Source: Candidatus Moanibacter sp.
Lineage (GTDB): Bacteria > Verrucomicrobiota > Verrucomicrobiia > Opitutales > UBA2987
Reading direction: 5' to 3'
Assembly: GCA_965226025.1 (NCBI GenBank)
Contig: CBDDCD010000001.1
Coordinates: forward strand, 970,104-1,034,103
Length of the DNA: 64,000 nucleotides
Made by a program: the position numbers and the translations under genes
Shown: one piece after another, positions 28,391-38,829 of the stretch
How positions within the stretch are numbered: position 1 is the first letter of the stretch
Layout: each line of letters begins with the position of its first letter
Notes under the pieces: model-generated
What the model was told of the DNA's origin: nothing
The model's input: only the letters and a program-made list of their open reading frames with translations
Databases searched by the model: none

Positions 28391-29631
28391 GTGAGCGCAA
28401 GCTGGCATCTTTGCGGGTTCTGATCGCGCAGCTGGTTCCCGCCAACCGGTTCTACGCAGACCGACTCGGGCGCTCGGGTATCGACGAGGGTATCGGGTCT
28501 CTCGAGGAATTCACGAGGAGAATGCCGTTCACAACCAAACATGATCTGGTCAAAGACCAGCGCGACAATCCACCCTACGGCTCAAATTTGACCTATGGCC
28601 TCAGCGAATACTCCCGCTTCAGCCGGACCAGTTCGACCAGTGGAAACCCAATTACGTGGCTGGACACTGCCCCTGGATGGGAGTGGATGTTGCAAAATTG
28701 GATGCGCGTCTTTGAAGCCGCCGGAGTCACGGCCGGGGACGTCGTCTACTTCGCCTTTTCCTTCGGACCATTCCTCGGTTTCTGGACCGCTTTCGAAGCC
28801 GCCACTCGAATCGGATCTCTCTGCATACCGGGAGGCGGGCTTAGCAGCGCCCAAAGATTACATGCCCTTGTTGAGCACAAGGTCAGTTCTCTCTGCTGCA
28901 CGCCGACCTATGCTCTCCATCTCGGAGAAGTCGCTCAGGTAGAGCAGATCGACCTTCGCGAGTCATCTGTGAAAGTCATTATCGTAGCGGGCGAACCCGG
29001 TGGTTCCATTCCGTCCGTTAGAGAGAAGGTGCGATCTCTCTGGTTCGGCGCCCGACTCTTCGATCACTACGGAATGACCGAAGTCGGTCCGGTCGCCTAC
29101 GAAGATCCCGAACAAAGCGGTCGTCTCAAGGTCATTGAAGAAAGCTACTTTGCAGAAGTCATCGATCCGGAATCCGGCCAGCCTGTTCCACAGGGCGAAA
29201 TCGGCGAGCTGGTTTTGACCACTCTGGGTAGGACCGGCTCTCCTCTCCTGCGCTACAGGACCGGCGACCTCGTCAGACCGATTGGCGCGACTGATGGAGA
29301 AACCCCCACAATATTCCAGGGAGGCATACTGAGTCGGGCGGACGACGTTATCCATGTTAGAGGCGTCAATCTCTATCCCAGCGCGGTCGATGAGGTTGTT
29401 CGGTCCTTTCCCGGCATCCTTGAGTACCAAGTCGAAATCGGCGAAAGGGACGCTCTGGTCGAAATCTCAATCCGCGCCGAATTCAAGGAGGAGAACCGAT
29501 CCACCGAAGCCAGGGGCGAACTGGAGAAGGCCCTCCGCAACGCCTTCAATCTGCGTATTCCGGTGAAGGCCGTAACGACCGGAATCCTTCCGAGGCCCGA
29601 ATTGAAGGCTCGGAGGTGGGTAAGGAAGTAG
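28375..29631 (+). CDS. Phenylacetate-CoA ligase (PaaK)-like adenylating enzyme
   Basis: PFTTKHDL, TSSTSGNP, AGEPG, DHYGMTE, GELVLT, RYRTGD, RADD...RGVNLYP. Confidence 0.9.
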   Translation: MYASLSERKLASLRVLIAQLVPANRFYADRLGRSGIDEGIGSLEEFTRRMPFTTKHDLVKDQRDNPPYGSNLTYGLSEYSRFSRTSSTSGNPITWLDTAPGWEWMLQNWMRVFEAAGVTAGDVVYFAFSFGPFLGFWTAFEAATRIGSLCIPGGGLSSAQRLHALVEHKVSSLCCTPTYALHLGEVAQVEQIDLRESSVKVIIVAGEPGGSIPSVREKVRSLWFGARLFDHYGMTEVGPVAYEDPEQSGRLKVIEESYFAEVIDPESGQPVPQGEIGELVLTTLGRTGSPLLRYRTGDLVRPIGATDGETPTIFQGGILSRADDVIHVRGVNLYPSAVDEVVRSFPGILEYQVEIGERDALVEISIRAEFKEENRSTEARGELEKALRNAFNLRIPVKAVTTGILPRPELKARRWVRK

Positions 29632-29721
29632 ATCGTCGTAAGGAACATTTATGCGCATGAAAAAATCGGAACTTGCCGGATCGCACCTTTTGTGCAGCTC
29701 GAAGAGCACGGCCGGGAGGCC

Positions 29722-30561
29722 ATGAGACTAGGAGGACCCATATTTTCCACATACTCGGACGCAGAGAGTTGGGCCCGAGCCGTCCGCGATTCAGGCTATA
29801 GGGCGGCAAATTGTCCGTTGGACCTGACGGAAAACCGCTCCGTTGGTGACTGCAGGAAAGTGGTCGAGGCCGCACACAAGGCCGACATCGTCATCGCGGA
29901 AGTTCCGGCATGGAGCAACCCGATCAGCCCGGACGAGGGGATTCGAAGGGAAGCGATCGAACTGTGTCAAAGACGGCTGGAATTGGCCGAGAGACTGGGA
30001 GCGAGATGCTGTGTGAACCTCGCTGGATCAATCGGAAAGAAGAGATCCGAACCGCACCCGGAGAACTTGAATTCGGAGACTTTCGACCGAATCGTGGAGA
30101 CGATCCGGGAGATCATCGATGCAGTCCGTCCGAAAAAGACGAGCTACGCGTTGGAAATGATGCCGTGGGCCCACCCCGCTTCGCCCAACAGCTACCTGCG
30201 GCTCCTCAAGAAAGTGGATCGAGAGGGTTTCGCAGTCCATCTCGATCCCGTCAATATTGTCTCTACAATACCGAGATACTATTACAACGCCGCCCTCATC
30301 GAAGAGTGTTTCGCCCTCCTTGGTCCCTATGTGCGCTCATGCCATGCCAAGGACATCGTCCTGCGCAAGAAGCTCACGGTCCACCTAGACGAAGTAAGGC
30401 CGGGGCTGGGAAAGCTCGACTACAGCATCTTTTTACGTTCGATCGAACAAATCGATCCAAATACTCCTTTGATGCTCCAGCATCTCAAAACTGAGTCAGA
30501 TTACAGAAAAGCAGGGGACTATATCCGAAAGGTGGCGAAACGGGAAGGGATTCCAGTCTAG
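29722..30561 (+). CDS. Sugar phosphate isomerase/epimerase (xylose-isomerase-like TIM barrel)
   Basis: ALEMMPW, HLDPVN, CHAKD, PGLGKLDY. Start placed at MRLGGP after GGAGG. Confidence 0.85.
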   Translation: MRLGGPIFSTYSDAESWARAVRDSGYRAANCPLDLTENRSVGDCRKVVEAAHKADIVIAEVPAWSNPISPDEGIRREAIELCQRRLELAERLGARCCVNLAGSIGKKRSEPHPENLNSETFDRIVETIREIIDAVRPKKTSYALEMMPWAHPASPNSYLRLLKKVDREGFAVHLDPVNIVSTIPRYYYNAALIEECFALLGPYVRSCHAKDIVLRKKLTVHLDEVRPGLGKLDYSIFLRSIEQIDPNTPLMLQHLKTESDYRKAGDYIRKVAKREGIPV

Positions 30562-30564
30562 CTA

Positions 30565-32380
30565 GAGGCTGTCCCAAATCCGAGAGGATTTGGGTGGAAG
30601 CCTGATACCGATATCAATCTTCGTCACGTTATGTAGACCACGACATGCCTTCCGTCCTCGGTAGCTTACCTTTTATCCGTTATGCACCTTTCCAGCACCC
30701 TTCCTCTCGCTTTGAGTCGATAGTTCTCCCAAGGAAGCGCCTCTGACTCGATTCTTGGATCCCTATGCCGCCTGCGTTGCCTCTTTCTCATGTTCTTGCG
30801 CAAGTCTCTGCGCGATTTTCCATAGATTGTGGGACAGAACCGACCAGGCCACGCTAAGGTTACGGTTGTCAAAGCCTTTGCTGCGTATCTTGCCCCCGTG
30901 CCATCGGTTCTTGAGCACTCCGATCCGGCCTTCGGTGCTCCCTCGTCGTCGCTGCAACCGGACAAAGCGCGGCTCCTCCATCCGCTCCTTGAGCTCTTGT
31001 GGATTGCGGGGCGTAAGGGCGTCAAAAATCCCCTCTGCCTGGAGCCGCTTGCTGGCCGCCTTCGAGGCATAGCCCCGATCCCCACTGATCGCTTCGATCT
31101 TCTCCTCTAAAGCGAAGCCCTTTTGCCTCTCCAGACTTTCCCAAAGCTGCTTCAATTCGCTCGGGGCCTGCCCCCCATACAGTTTCCAGTCCAACAGATA
31201 TCCCTCTGCGCTCTCGCATAAATAAAGGGTGTTGCCAAACTCCACCTCCCGATCTGCCTTGCCTCGCACGATGACGTCAATCTCAGGTTCGTAGGCGCTC
31301 AGGATCTTCTCCTCATTCTTCACCTGCCGCCCCCCTATGATCCGTTCGTGCGCCTGTTTCATGACCTGCGGTATCTGCTCTAACATACCATCCATTCGCT
31401 CGATGATTCGGCTCGCCTTCTTCTCGGTGTAATCGCTTTGCATCCACATAGCTTCCAATAAGTCACGGTGGCGAAGGGCATGGCCCTCAATCTTCTTGAG
31501 CAATAGCTTCATCCGCCGCAGGATCCCTTTACGCGCTTTGCCCGCCTCCCGGCGCCGACGCGCATGCGTCATCTCCAGGCACCGTTTGTTCATCTCCCGA
31601 GCCAATCCCTTTGCTCCCTGGGGCATGCGCTGTTTCATTCCCGCCTGCCGGATCAGACTGATCGCCTTGAGCAGCGTTGCTCCCACATCCTTGAGCAAGA
31701 CCCAGTCCACGGGCCAGTGGATGTTCGCTTCCAGGCAAGTGGCGTCGATCAGGCATTCCCTCGTATCGATCGGCTTCTCTAATCCTGCCTCACCACAATG
31801 TTCAGCATTGCCCACCACCTCGGTCATCCTTGCATGCAGCTGTCTCAGATACGCTTCGTCGAAGAATTTCGAATCCCGTTCCAGACTGCTCTTCGATATT
31901 TTCCGGATCCCGTCTACCTCACGCACCCGGCAAAAATTAGTCAGAAGCTCACTGCGTCCCAACTCCTGCGACAGACAACGAAAGGATATCCCTCCGAGTA
32001 AATGACGCACCACCTCCACCCGCAGCGCTTTTATCGCTCTTAGAGCGCGTCGCTCCCGATCCTTCCCTCCCGCTTCATCCCATCCTTCCAAGGCTTTTAC
32101 GATCGCCTCCCTTTCCAGCGAGGAGTCGATCAAAACCCGGTCAATCCGCTCCATTGTTTCCAGAAACACGGTGTAGTCTTTGCATCGAATGACTGGAGTT
32201 AGGGCTGGACGCAGGAAGCTTTGTACGGCAATATTTTTCATGAGAAGGGCGTGCTTTGTATTTGACTAACGCAAGCATAAGCGCCCTTTTTCGCCGGATC
32301 GAGCTTTTTGCAGCTCTATCCGGCCTTTTTTTGCCCATAACTCATTAAAAATCAATTGTTTCCACCACTGGGACGGGCTC
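30565..32380 (-). mobile_element. IS5-family insertion sequence, copy 2 (1816 bp)
   Basis: Same IRs; 6-bp direct repeat TAGCTA at 30559-30564 and 32381-32386; inserted at the stop codon of the upstream gene. Confidence 0.95.
30763..32241 (-). CDS. IS5-family DDE transposase (492 aa)
   Basis: Differs from copy 3 by one A-to-T residue (ELLTNFC). Confidence 0.92.
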   Translation of the reverse strand: MKNIAVQSFLRPALTPVIRCKDYTVFLETMERIDRVLIDSSLEREAIVKALEGWDEAGGKDRERRALRAIKALRVEVVRHLLGGISFRCLSQELGRSELLTNFCRVREVDGIRKISKSSLERDSKFFDEAYLRQLHARMTEVVGNAEHCGEAGLEKPIDTRECLIDATCLEANIHWPVDWVLLKDVGATLLKAISLIRQAGMKQRMPQGAKGLAREMNKRCLEMTHARRRREAGKARKGILRRMKLLLKKIEGHALRHRDLLEAMWMQSDYTEKKASRIIERMDGMLEQIPQVMKQAHERIIGGRQVKNEEKILSAYEPEIDVIVRGKADREVEFGNTLYLCESAEGYLLDWKLYGGQAPSELKQLWESLERQKGFALEEKIEAISGDRGYASKAASKRLQAEGIFDALTPRNPQELKERMEEPRFVRLQRRRGSTEGRIGVLKNRWHGGKIRSKGFDNRNLSVAWSVLSHNLWKIAQRLAQEHEKEATQAA

Positions 32381-32577
32381 TAGCTAGGGCATCTCTGCCG
32401 TAGGTAGTACTTCTAATAAGGCTTCGAGTAATAAGGGTACTAAACCCTAATTCGAAACTTCAATGAAGAAGCGGGTTTCCGGGCAACGATCTCTGTCGTT
32501 TAATAGGCCGAACTCGCAAATTTCGTCCTCATTCTCGTGCTCCTGCAGCTCAACGCTTCCACCTATCGCGCTTCGAC

Positions 32578-32619
32578 TGGCGACATCTGTACTGACGGCC
32601 GTCAGTACAGATGTCGCCA
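32578..32619. repeat. Perfect 42-bp loopless palindrome
   Basis: TGGCGACATCTGTACTGACGG|CCGTCAGTACAGATGTCGCCA. Confidence 0.9.
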
Positions 32620-32824
32620 TTTAGGTTCTGTTCCTTTCCGGAAGAACAAGGGAGAGACCACGTTCATGACAGCCACTACGTTAGTTTCAAACTCGATTGA
32701 TCCGTCTCCGCGCTAGCGCTGGGCCGTGACGTGTCCGGCAAGCACGCTCCGCCGGAGGCCGCGCTAAGCTGAAACTCGAGGGACAATCCTTGACTTTTCA
32801 CCCCAGCCGAAAATCCTGATCGCC

Positions 32825-33841
32825 ATGTGTCGATATACTTCCCCGCACTCAATCTTAATCGCAATTATTACGTTGGGATTTCCTCAATTCCTGATGGGAG
32901 ATGCCCAATCCGAAGTGAAATCGGTCACACTTCCGGATATCGAGCCCGTGTTACTGGAACCAATCGCCCGAATCGAGAACGAAGCAATCAACGAGTCATC
33001 GGGGATCATCAAGAGCCAAACTCACGATGGCATCTTCTGGACGCACAATGATTCCGGTGACGAGGCCCGAATCTTCCCGTTGCGGATCGACGGAACCTCC
33101 CACGATCTGAAACGACCGGAACGCGAGATGACCGGGATCCATATTCTCGCGGCTGGAAACGTGGATTGGGAAGACATCGCCTTGGACAAATACGGAAACC
33201 TGATCTTGATAGACTGCGGCAATAATTCCAACGCCCGGAGGGATCTTATGGTCTACCTTATCCCCGAACCGGTCCCCTATATCGGGCCCAGTCAGTCCCA
33301 TTTCTATAAGAGAATTCCAATCCGCTACCTCGATCAGAATGCATATCCTCCGGAAAATCTAAATTTCGACTGCGAAGCGGTTTTTTTCGCACGGCGCTAC
33401 ACTTATTTATTGACGAAACATCGATCCGATCTGCACACCAAGCTATACCGTATGGACACTTCGATTCCGTCGGAGATGAACCCGCTCACTTTCATCGATC
33501 GCTTCGACATACAAGGCCAGGTGACCGGCGCCGATGCCTCCCTTGATGGAGAGAGGTTGGCAGTTCTGACCTACAGGAAGGTCGAGGTCCCGGTCGAGTC
33601 CAAAGACGAAGTCGAGGGCGAGAGCCAAGTCACGGTGCAAGAAAAATGGCTAGGCGGGATTTGGGTATTCGATCAATCGGATGGGTCCGATCATTTTTTC
33701 GACGGCGAGATTTACTACCTTCCCGCCTGGACCCGAGGCGGTGAAGCGATCTGCTGGGAAAACGACGAGAGTCTCATCATTACGAACGAACAGCGTGACA
33801 TCTTCCGCGTTCGCTTCGATCAATTGGTGAAAGTGCGCTAG
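32825..33841 (+). CDS. Conserved secreted hypothetical protein, probable beta-propeller
   Basis: Signal-like N-terminus; NESSG, WTHNDSG, DWEDIA, DCGNN and FDCEA repeat-like motifs. Confidence 0.65.
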   Translation: MCRYTSPHSILIAIITLGFPQFLMGDAQSEVKSVTLPDIEPVLLEPIARIENEAINESSGIIKSQTHDGIFWTHNDSGDEARIFPLRIDGTSHDLKRPEREMTGIHILAAGNVDWEDIALDKYGNLILIDCGNNSNARRDLMVYLIPEPVPYIGPSQSHFYKRIPIRYLDQNAYPPENLNFDCEAVFFARRYTYLLTKHRSDLHTKLYRMDTSIPSEMNPLTFIDRFDIQGQVTGADASLDGERLAVLTYRKVEVPVESKDEVEGESQVTVQEKWLGGIWVFDQSDGSDHFFDGEIYYLPAWTRGGEAICWENDESLIITNEQRDIFRVRFDQLVKVR

Positions 33842-33866
33842 AAATGAAACTCAGTGGAACGGAATT

Positions 33867-34715
33867 CTAGGGTTCGTCCGTCGGGTCCCAGGTGCAGCTG
33901 TAGTTTTCGTTTAGACGATCGAGATGCTCCACATCTTCGACCCTGATCTCGAAGTCGAAGACATTAGCGTTTTCGATTATGCGTTCCGAATTGGCGGACT
34001 TCGGGATGGTGACGAATCCCTTCTGTAAACCCCACTTTATCAGAATCTGTGCCGCTGATCTTCCGTATTCGTTAGCCGTCGCGAGAAGACCGGGATCTGA
34101 GAGCCTCGCTCCTTTGGTCAGAGGACTGTAGCATTCGACGCAGATTCCACTTTCCCGGCAGAGTTCGATCACTTCGGATCGATAGAGGTAAATGAATGGA
34201 TGCATTTCAAACTGGTTCACCGCCGGAACCACCTTGCACTGCTCCAAAACCTCTTCCAAGTGGCGGACCATGTAGTTGCTCACCCCGATCGCCCGGCAGC
34301 GCCCCTCCTCATAAAGCGTCTCGAGCGCCCTCCACGACTCCCTTCGCAGACCGCTCACAGGCCAGTGAATAAGGTATAGATCGATATAATCGAGTCCCAT
34401 CAGGCTGATGCTCTTCTCGAAGGCCCGGATGGCAGAATCGTATCCGTGATCACTGTTCCAAAGTTTGGTCGTCACGTAGAGTTCGGAGCGCGCGATTCCG
34501 GATCCTCGGATTGCCTCTCCAACCTCCGCTTCGTTCCCGTAAAACGCCGCCGTATCGAGGTGGCGATAGCCATGGTGAAGCGCTCCCTTCATCACCTCAA
34601 TCGACCTGGAGTTCGCCCTCAGGAGGTAGACCCCCAGTCCCAATTGGGGAATCGATGTTCCGTTATTCAGGGGAATTCGTGTTTCCAGGTTCAACTCCAT
34701 AATAGGATCTTTCAT
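33867..34715 (-). CDS. Aldo/keto reductase (DkgA-like)
   Basis: GLGVY, GYRHLDTAAFY, TTKLW, LYLIHWP, IGVSNY, IPKS. Confidence 0.95.
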   Translation of the reverse strand: MKDPIMELNLETRIPLNNGTSIPQLGLGVYLLRANSRSIEVMKGALHHGYRHLDTAAFYGNEAEVGEAIRGSGIARSELYVTTKLWNSDHGYDSAIRAFEKSISLMGLDYIDLYLIHWPVSGLRRESWRALETLYEEGRCRAIGVSNYMVRHLEEVLEQCKVVPAVNQFEMHPFIYLYRSEVIELCRESGICVECYSPLTKGARLSDPGLLATANEYGRSAAQILIKWGLQKGFVTIPKSANSERIIENANVFDFEIRVEDVEHLDRLNENYSCTWDPTDEP

Positions 34716-35095
34716 ATTCTCGCCTTGCGATCAAGTTCTCGAGCACTGGATTCACTGGTTCCAGTCTGATTTCGGCCCTCTAGAGCGAACCCATCCTGTC
34801 ACATCCGTTATGACGGCCGTCATGTCGGATATGATGACTCCTGTCTTAGACTTCAGTGCTGATGCGGGTACGATTTTCGCCGTTTACATCACAGAAGAAT
34901 TGAGGCCCACGAATGGCATAGCTGTCCCACGGATGCCTGTCGGGTATTCACTCTTCTCTTCATCCGCGGGATCGCTGCGCCATCCGCGGGCCATTCTACT
35001 TTTGATAGAGTTTTAACTTCGATTGATCCGAATACCTGTCAGCGCTATTGCAACTCGACCCAGCAGTCCTAACTTCGCTGAGGAAAGGAAACTCC

Positions 35096-36445
35096 ATGCC
35101 AGAAAGAAAGCCCCACATCCTCCTGCTCATCGACGATGAGCACCGCCCTGACGTCATGCCGGTTGAAGGGAACTCGACGATTCGGACTCCCACTCTCGAT
35201 CGGTTCGTCGACCAAGGCGTCTATTTTCGCAATGCCTATACCCCTTCGCCGATTTGTGTGCCGGCTCGTCAGAGCCTTCTCTCTGGCCTGTATCCCAGGA
35301 ACTGGGGATGCACCGACTTCAGTCAGGAAATGCCAAGCGAAGTGCTGACTATTCCCGGCCACCTCTCACGATTTGGCTACAACACGGTTGGAGCCGGCAA
35401 GATGCACTTTGTCGGCCCTGACCAGATGCATGGCTGGCACGAACGCATCGGCCGGGACATCAGGGGAAAGAACGGCTACGAACCGGCAGATGATCCCGCC
35501 CATCAGGCCGAGACTTTTCCCGAGGTAGGCACCGGCAAGTGGTCCAGTGCCAAAGAAATCGCAAACGCCCGCGCCGGACGTGGATACTGGATGCAACACG
35601 ACAAGTATTCCGTTGATGGAGCTCTGATGTTCCTCGATGAATACTTCGTCAACGAACCCTACGACCGACCGGGCAGTCGCCCTTTGCTCCTCGCCGTCAG
35701 CTTGTGGTGCCCCCACTATCCCTATCAGTGCCCCGCGGAACAGTTCCACTATTACATGCGTCGAGTGGAACCCTACGTCGAGGAACTACCTGAAAACTTC
35801 GATTGCCACGAGTTCTTCAAAGTCAAGGTCGGGGAGGATGTCACCTATCGCGAGGCGCATCGAGCAACCGCCGCCTACTACGGCATGATCGCGTGGGCCG
35901 ACATACAGTACGCACGCGTTATCTCCAAACTGGAATCCCTCAATCTACTCGACGATTTCGTCGTCATATTTCTCAGCGATCATGGCGAGATGCTGGGCCA
36001 AAAGGGTCTCTGGGAAAAACAACAGTATTTCGAGGCCTCGATCCGGGTCCCCTTCTTTATATCGTGGCCAGAACGATTCTCCGGAGGCAACAAGATCGTC
36101 CAGCAGAACGTCTCGCTCGTCGATCTCTTCCCAACCGTATGCGATATCGCCAACCTGCCGATTCCAGACGGCTTGGATGGCCGTTCCCTGGTCCCACTGA
36201 TGGAAGGCCGTAGCGACGGCTGGAGCAATGAAGTCTACAGCGAACTCCACCACCAATTCAATGGTCCCTCATACATGATCAAGCATGACTACCTCAAGTA
36301 CTTCCGTTTTGAGGGGAAGGGCTGGCCGAATCAACTCTTCGATCTCGCCACCGATCCCGTTGAAACCCGCAACCTGATCGATGACCCCACCTACGCCGAT
36401 CACCTCGAGCGACTCCGATCCAAACTCGAAAGTTCTTTCCCCTGA
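35096..36445 (+). CDS. Sulfatase (Cys-type, choline-sulfatase-like)
   Basis: PHILLLIDDEH, CVPAR (CxPxR), GKMH, SDHGE, SLVDLFPT. Confidence 0.93.
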   Translation: MPERKPHILLLIDDEHRPDVMPVEGNSTIRTPTLDRFVDQGVYFRNAYTPSPICVPARQSLLSGLYPRNWGCTDFSQEMPSEVLTIPGHLSRFGYNTVGAGKMHFVGPDQMHGWHERIGRDIRGKNGYEPADDPAHQAETFPEVGTGKWSSAKEIANARAGRGYWMQHDKYSVDGALMFLDEYFVNEPYDRPGSRPLLLAVSLWCPHYPYQCPAEQFHYYMRRVEPYVEELPENFDCHEFFKVKVGEDVTYREAHRATAAYYGMIAWADIQYARVISKLESLNLLDDFVVIFLSDHGEMLGQKGLWEKQQYFEASIRVPFFISWPERFSGGNKIVQQNVSLVDLFPTVCDIANLPIPDGLDGRSLVPLMEGRSDGWSNEVYSELHHQFNGPSYMIKHDYLKYFRFEGKGWPNQLFDLATDPVETRNLIDDPTYADHLERLRSKLESSFP

Positions 36446-36483
36446 ACGCATAGAAATTCGCGGTCTTCCGCAAATTTCAGTGA

Positions 36484-37737
36484 TCAATCGCGAATTTCTC
36501 GAAGTTCCTTTCTCAGGTCAGTGATACCATCTCGAATCGCAAACAACTCGGTACGGCATTCGCCGAAAAACTCCGAGCGTTTCTTCCACTCCGGGGATTC
36601 GATAAGTTCGCCCAGAGCGGCCAGCGCTTCGTTGGACCAATTCAGGCATCGGCGCAGCAGGGCAAGTGTGAAACCCGTATTGCGAAGATCTTCCAGATCT
36701 CGGCCGTGGAGAGCGCCGGCCAACTTGCCGCTGATATTCATTGTATTGTGAATGAATCGGTCAAGGGCGCTATCCAGTTCATCGCTGCTTCGATCCGCTG
36801 CCGGTTCGTCGTCGAACTCCTTTAATATTCGAAGCACTAGGTCGCTCGCCCGCAGCTGGAGCGGGTGACGCCTTCGAATCGATTCCTCATTCTCGTCGTC
36901 ACCATACCAACCATCGTCCTCCTCATCCTCGACGCCTTCGCTCCCCTTCTTCCAACTCTCTCCATCTTCTGATTCTCTATCAGCCGCGTCACTCTCCTTG
37001 TCGCGTTCGAGCAGGTGATCCCAACCCATGACGTAGGCCACCTCATCACCGCCTATTGCCTCATGGCCGAATTTCTCCAACGCCTCCTCGTGTGCTTCGC
37101 CGAGCCGGTCGGATTGCTTGAGCGACTCTTCCCATGCTTCCTCGCTGTCATCGAATCCACCATCGTCATCATCTTCGCTTGGTTCGGGGCGTTGAATGAT
37201 GTCGGCCAACCAGGAACGCATCGTTTCCATGTTTTCCCTCTTCTGAGACTCTTCCTCCGCCTCGTCCAAGTCCCAGGTTCCTTCCGAAGCCGAAATTTTA
37301 AAGTCGGCGCTCTCGATAACGACGCGGCCGTTGAAATCGGAAAACCACTCAAGATAAATCGAATTACGCCACTCCGTCGGCACATCTTTGATGCGGCGCT
37401 CCCTATAGGCTGCTTGCCACTCCTCTTCCGGTACTGTGAAGACCTTTACCTTCCGTGAGGCGGTGATGTCTCCTGCGCTGCCTCGTTGTTTTTCCTGTAG
37501 GTGGGAAGCCAACGATTGGTCTTCCGGCCTGGGATTGGAGAAAGTGATGGTACGGCCGGCGACATCGCGCCATGCATTCCCTCGAAGATCCAGCTCAACC
37601 GGTTCATCGCGCCCCACCAGCCACAATTTCCCGCGCACCACCCCACGCTTCGTGTTGTCGATCTCCCCGCGGACCACCGCCTTGTCGATTCTCAGAGCCA
37701 TTCTCAAATGAGATTCTTTCCTACGCCGGTATGTCAA
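36484..37737 (-). CDS. Acidic hypothetical protein
   Basis: 417-aa ORF; N-terminal RGEIDN..G..RGKLWL..G domain, D/E-rich middle, helical C-terminus. Confidence 0.75.
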   Translation of the reverse strand: MTYRRRKESHLRMALRIDKAVVRGEIDNTKRGVVRGKLWLVGRDEPVELDLRGNAWRDVAGRTITFSNPRPEDQSLASHLQEKQRGSAGDITASRKVKVFTVPEEEWQAAYRERRIKDVPTEWRNSIYLEWFSDFNGRVVIESADFKISASEGTWDLDEAEEESQKRENMETMRSWLADIIQRPEPSEDDDDGGFDDSEEAWEESLKQSDRLGEAHEEALEKFGHEAIGGDEVAYVMGWDHLLERDKESDAADRESEDGESWKKGSEGVEDEEDDGWYGDDENEESIRRRHPLQLRASDLVLRILKEFDDEPAADRSSDELDSALDRFIHNTMNISGKLAGALHGRDLEDLRNTGFTLALLRRCLNWSNEALAALGELIESPEWKKRSEFFGECRTELFAIRDGITDLRKELREIRD

Positions 37738-37893
37738 ATCGTATTTGAAATGAGGTCGGCCGCCGGACGCAAATCTGCTTTCGCCGGTACAATCGAGTCG
37801 GAATGAACCTTCTCCTTCCTGCCGGTATGGGCGAAAAACTAAGAACGATCGTTCACTACGCCCTCAGTGACCGCATCTGAATCGCCTTGCGGA

Positions 37894-38766
37894 TTAGGGA
37901 ACCTCTTCAATCCAGGGATCCAGTCCCAGCAGTTTTCTCCCAAGTTCCGTCAAATCCGCCGGTTGTTGGTGTTCATGTTCCCAATCCCTTGAATCGCCTG
38001 GCCAGTGAGGAGTGGGCCGCCGTTCCTGCCACGCCTCGACACGTTCGCTCCGCTCCTTCTCATCGTCTTCCTTTGCGGCAGACATCGTGATATATTGGGC
38101 CAATCTCGGCTTATCTGATGTATTGTATCCGTTACCATGTGCAAGGAGGCTATGCCAGATAAGCAGATCCCCGGCCTTGCCCGGGATGGATTTGACCTCC
38201 AACCCGGTCAAATCGGGGTGCCTCGGATTCCTGTCTTCAGGTTGGGATTTGACCCATTCTTGGAACTCTCGGTGAAATCGGGGAACGCATTGGAACCCAC
38301 CCTGATTCGCATCGGTGTCGGTCAAATAAAGGACTCCCTGGACACCGCACTGGATCGGCAACTGCGAGGTGTCGATGTCCCAGTGAATCATGCCCCGGTT
38401 ACACCAATCGGGTTTGTCTTCACGGGCGGGCGGCTTCATGTTGGCACGATCCAAAGAGACCCAGAGTTTCTCTGTCCCCAGAATTTCAGAGAAGGCTCCG
38501 TATACCTTTGGGTGTTGTCGGTTGTCCCAGAGCGCCTGATGCTGGTAAAACTCAACCATACCCGCGGCGCTGATAGGTGAACAACGATTTTCCCTGGTAG
38601 AGGGCTTGTATCTATACCAATCCTCTGGATTACACGGATCCATCTCGAGAAACTCCCAGATCGCATTCACGAGAGCTTCGAGATTCTCCTTTGGGACAGC
38701 GTTGTGGATCACTACATACCCGAATCTGTCCCAGAATTTGACTGATTCTTCGCTCAATATAGCCAT
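37894..38766 (-). CDS. Phytanoyl-CoA dioxygenase (PhyH) family protein
   Basis: FWDRFGYVVI, IHWD, QGVLYL, GGFQCVP, AGDLLIWHSLLAHG. Confidence 0.9.
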   Translation of the reverse strand: MAILSEESVKFWDRFGYVVIHNAVPKENLEALVNAIWEFLEMDPCNPEDWYRYKPSTRENRCSPISAAGMVEFYQHQALWDNRQHPKVYGAFSEILGTEKLWVSLDRANMKPPAREDKPDWCNRGMIHWDIDTSQLPIQCGVQGVLYLTDTDANQGGFQCVPRFHREFQEWVKSQPEDRNPRHPDLTGLEVKSIPGKAGDLLIWHSLLAHGNGYNTSDKPRLAQYITMSAAKEDDEKERSERVEAWQERRPTPHWPGDSRDWEHEHQQPADLTELGRKLLGLDPWIEEVP

Positions 38767-38829
38767 ACCCGATGTAATAACCGAGAGTTGTGAGACGCAC
38801 TTGGCAGAGGACTTTCCAAAGTCGGTCTA

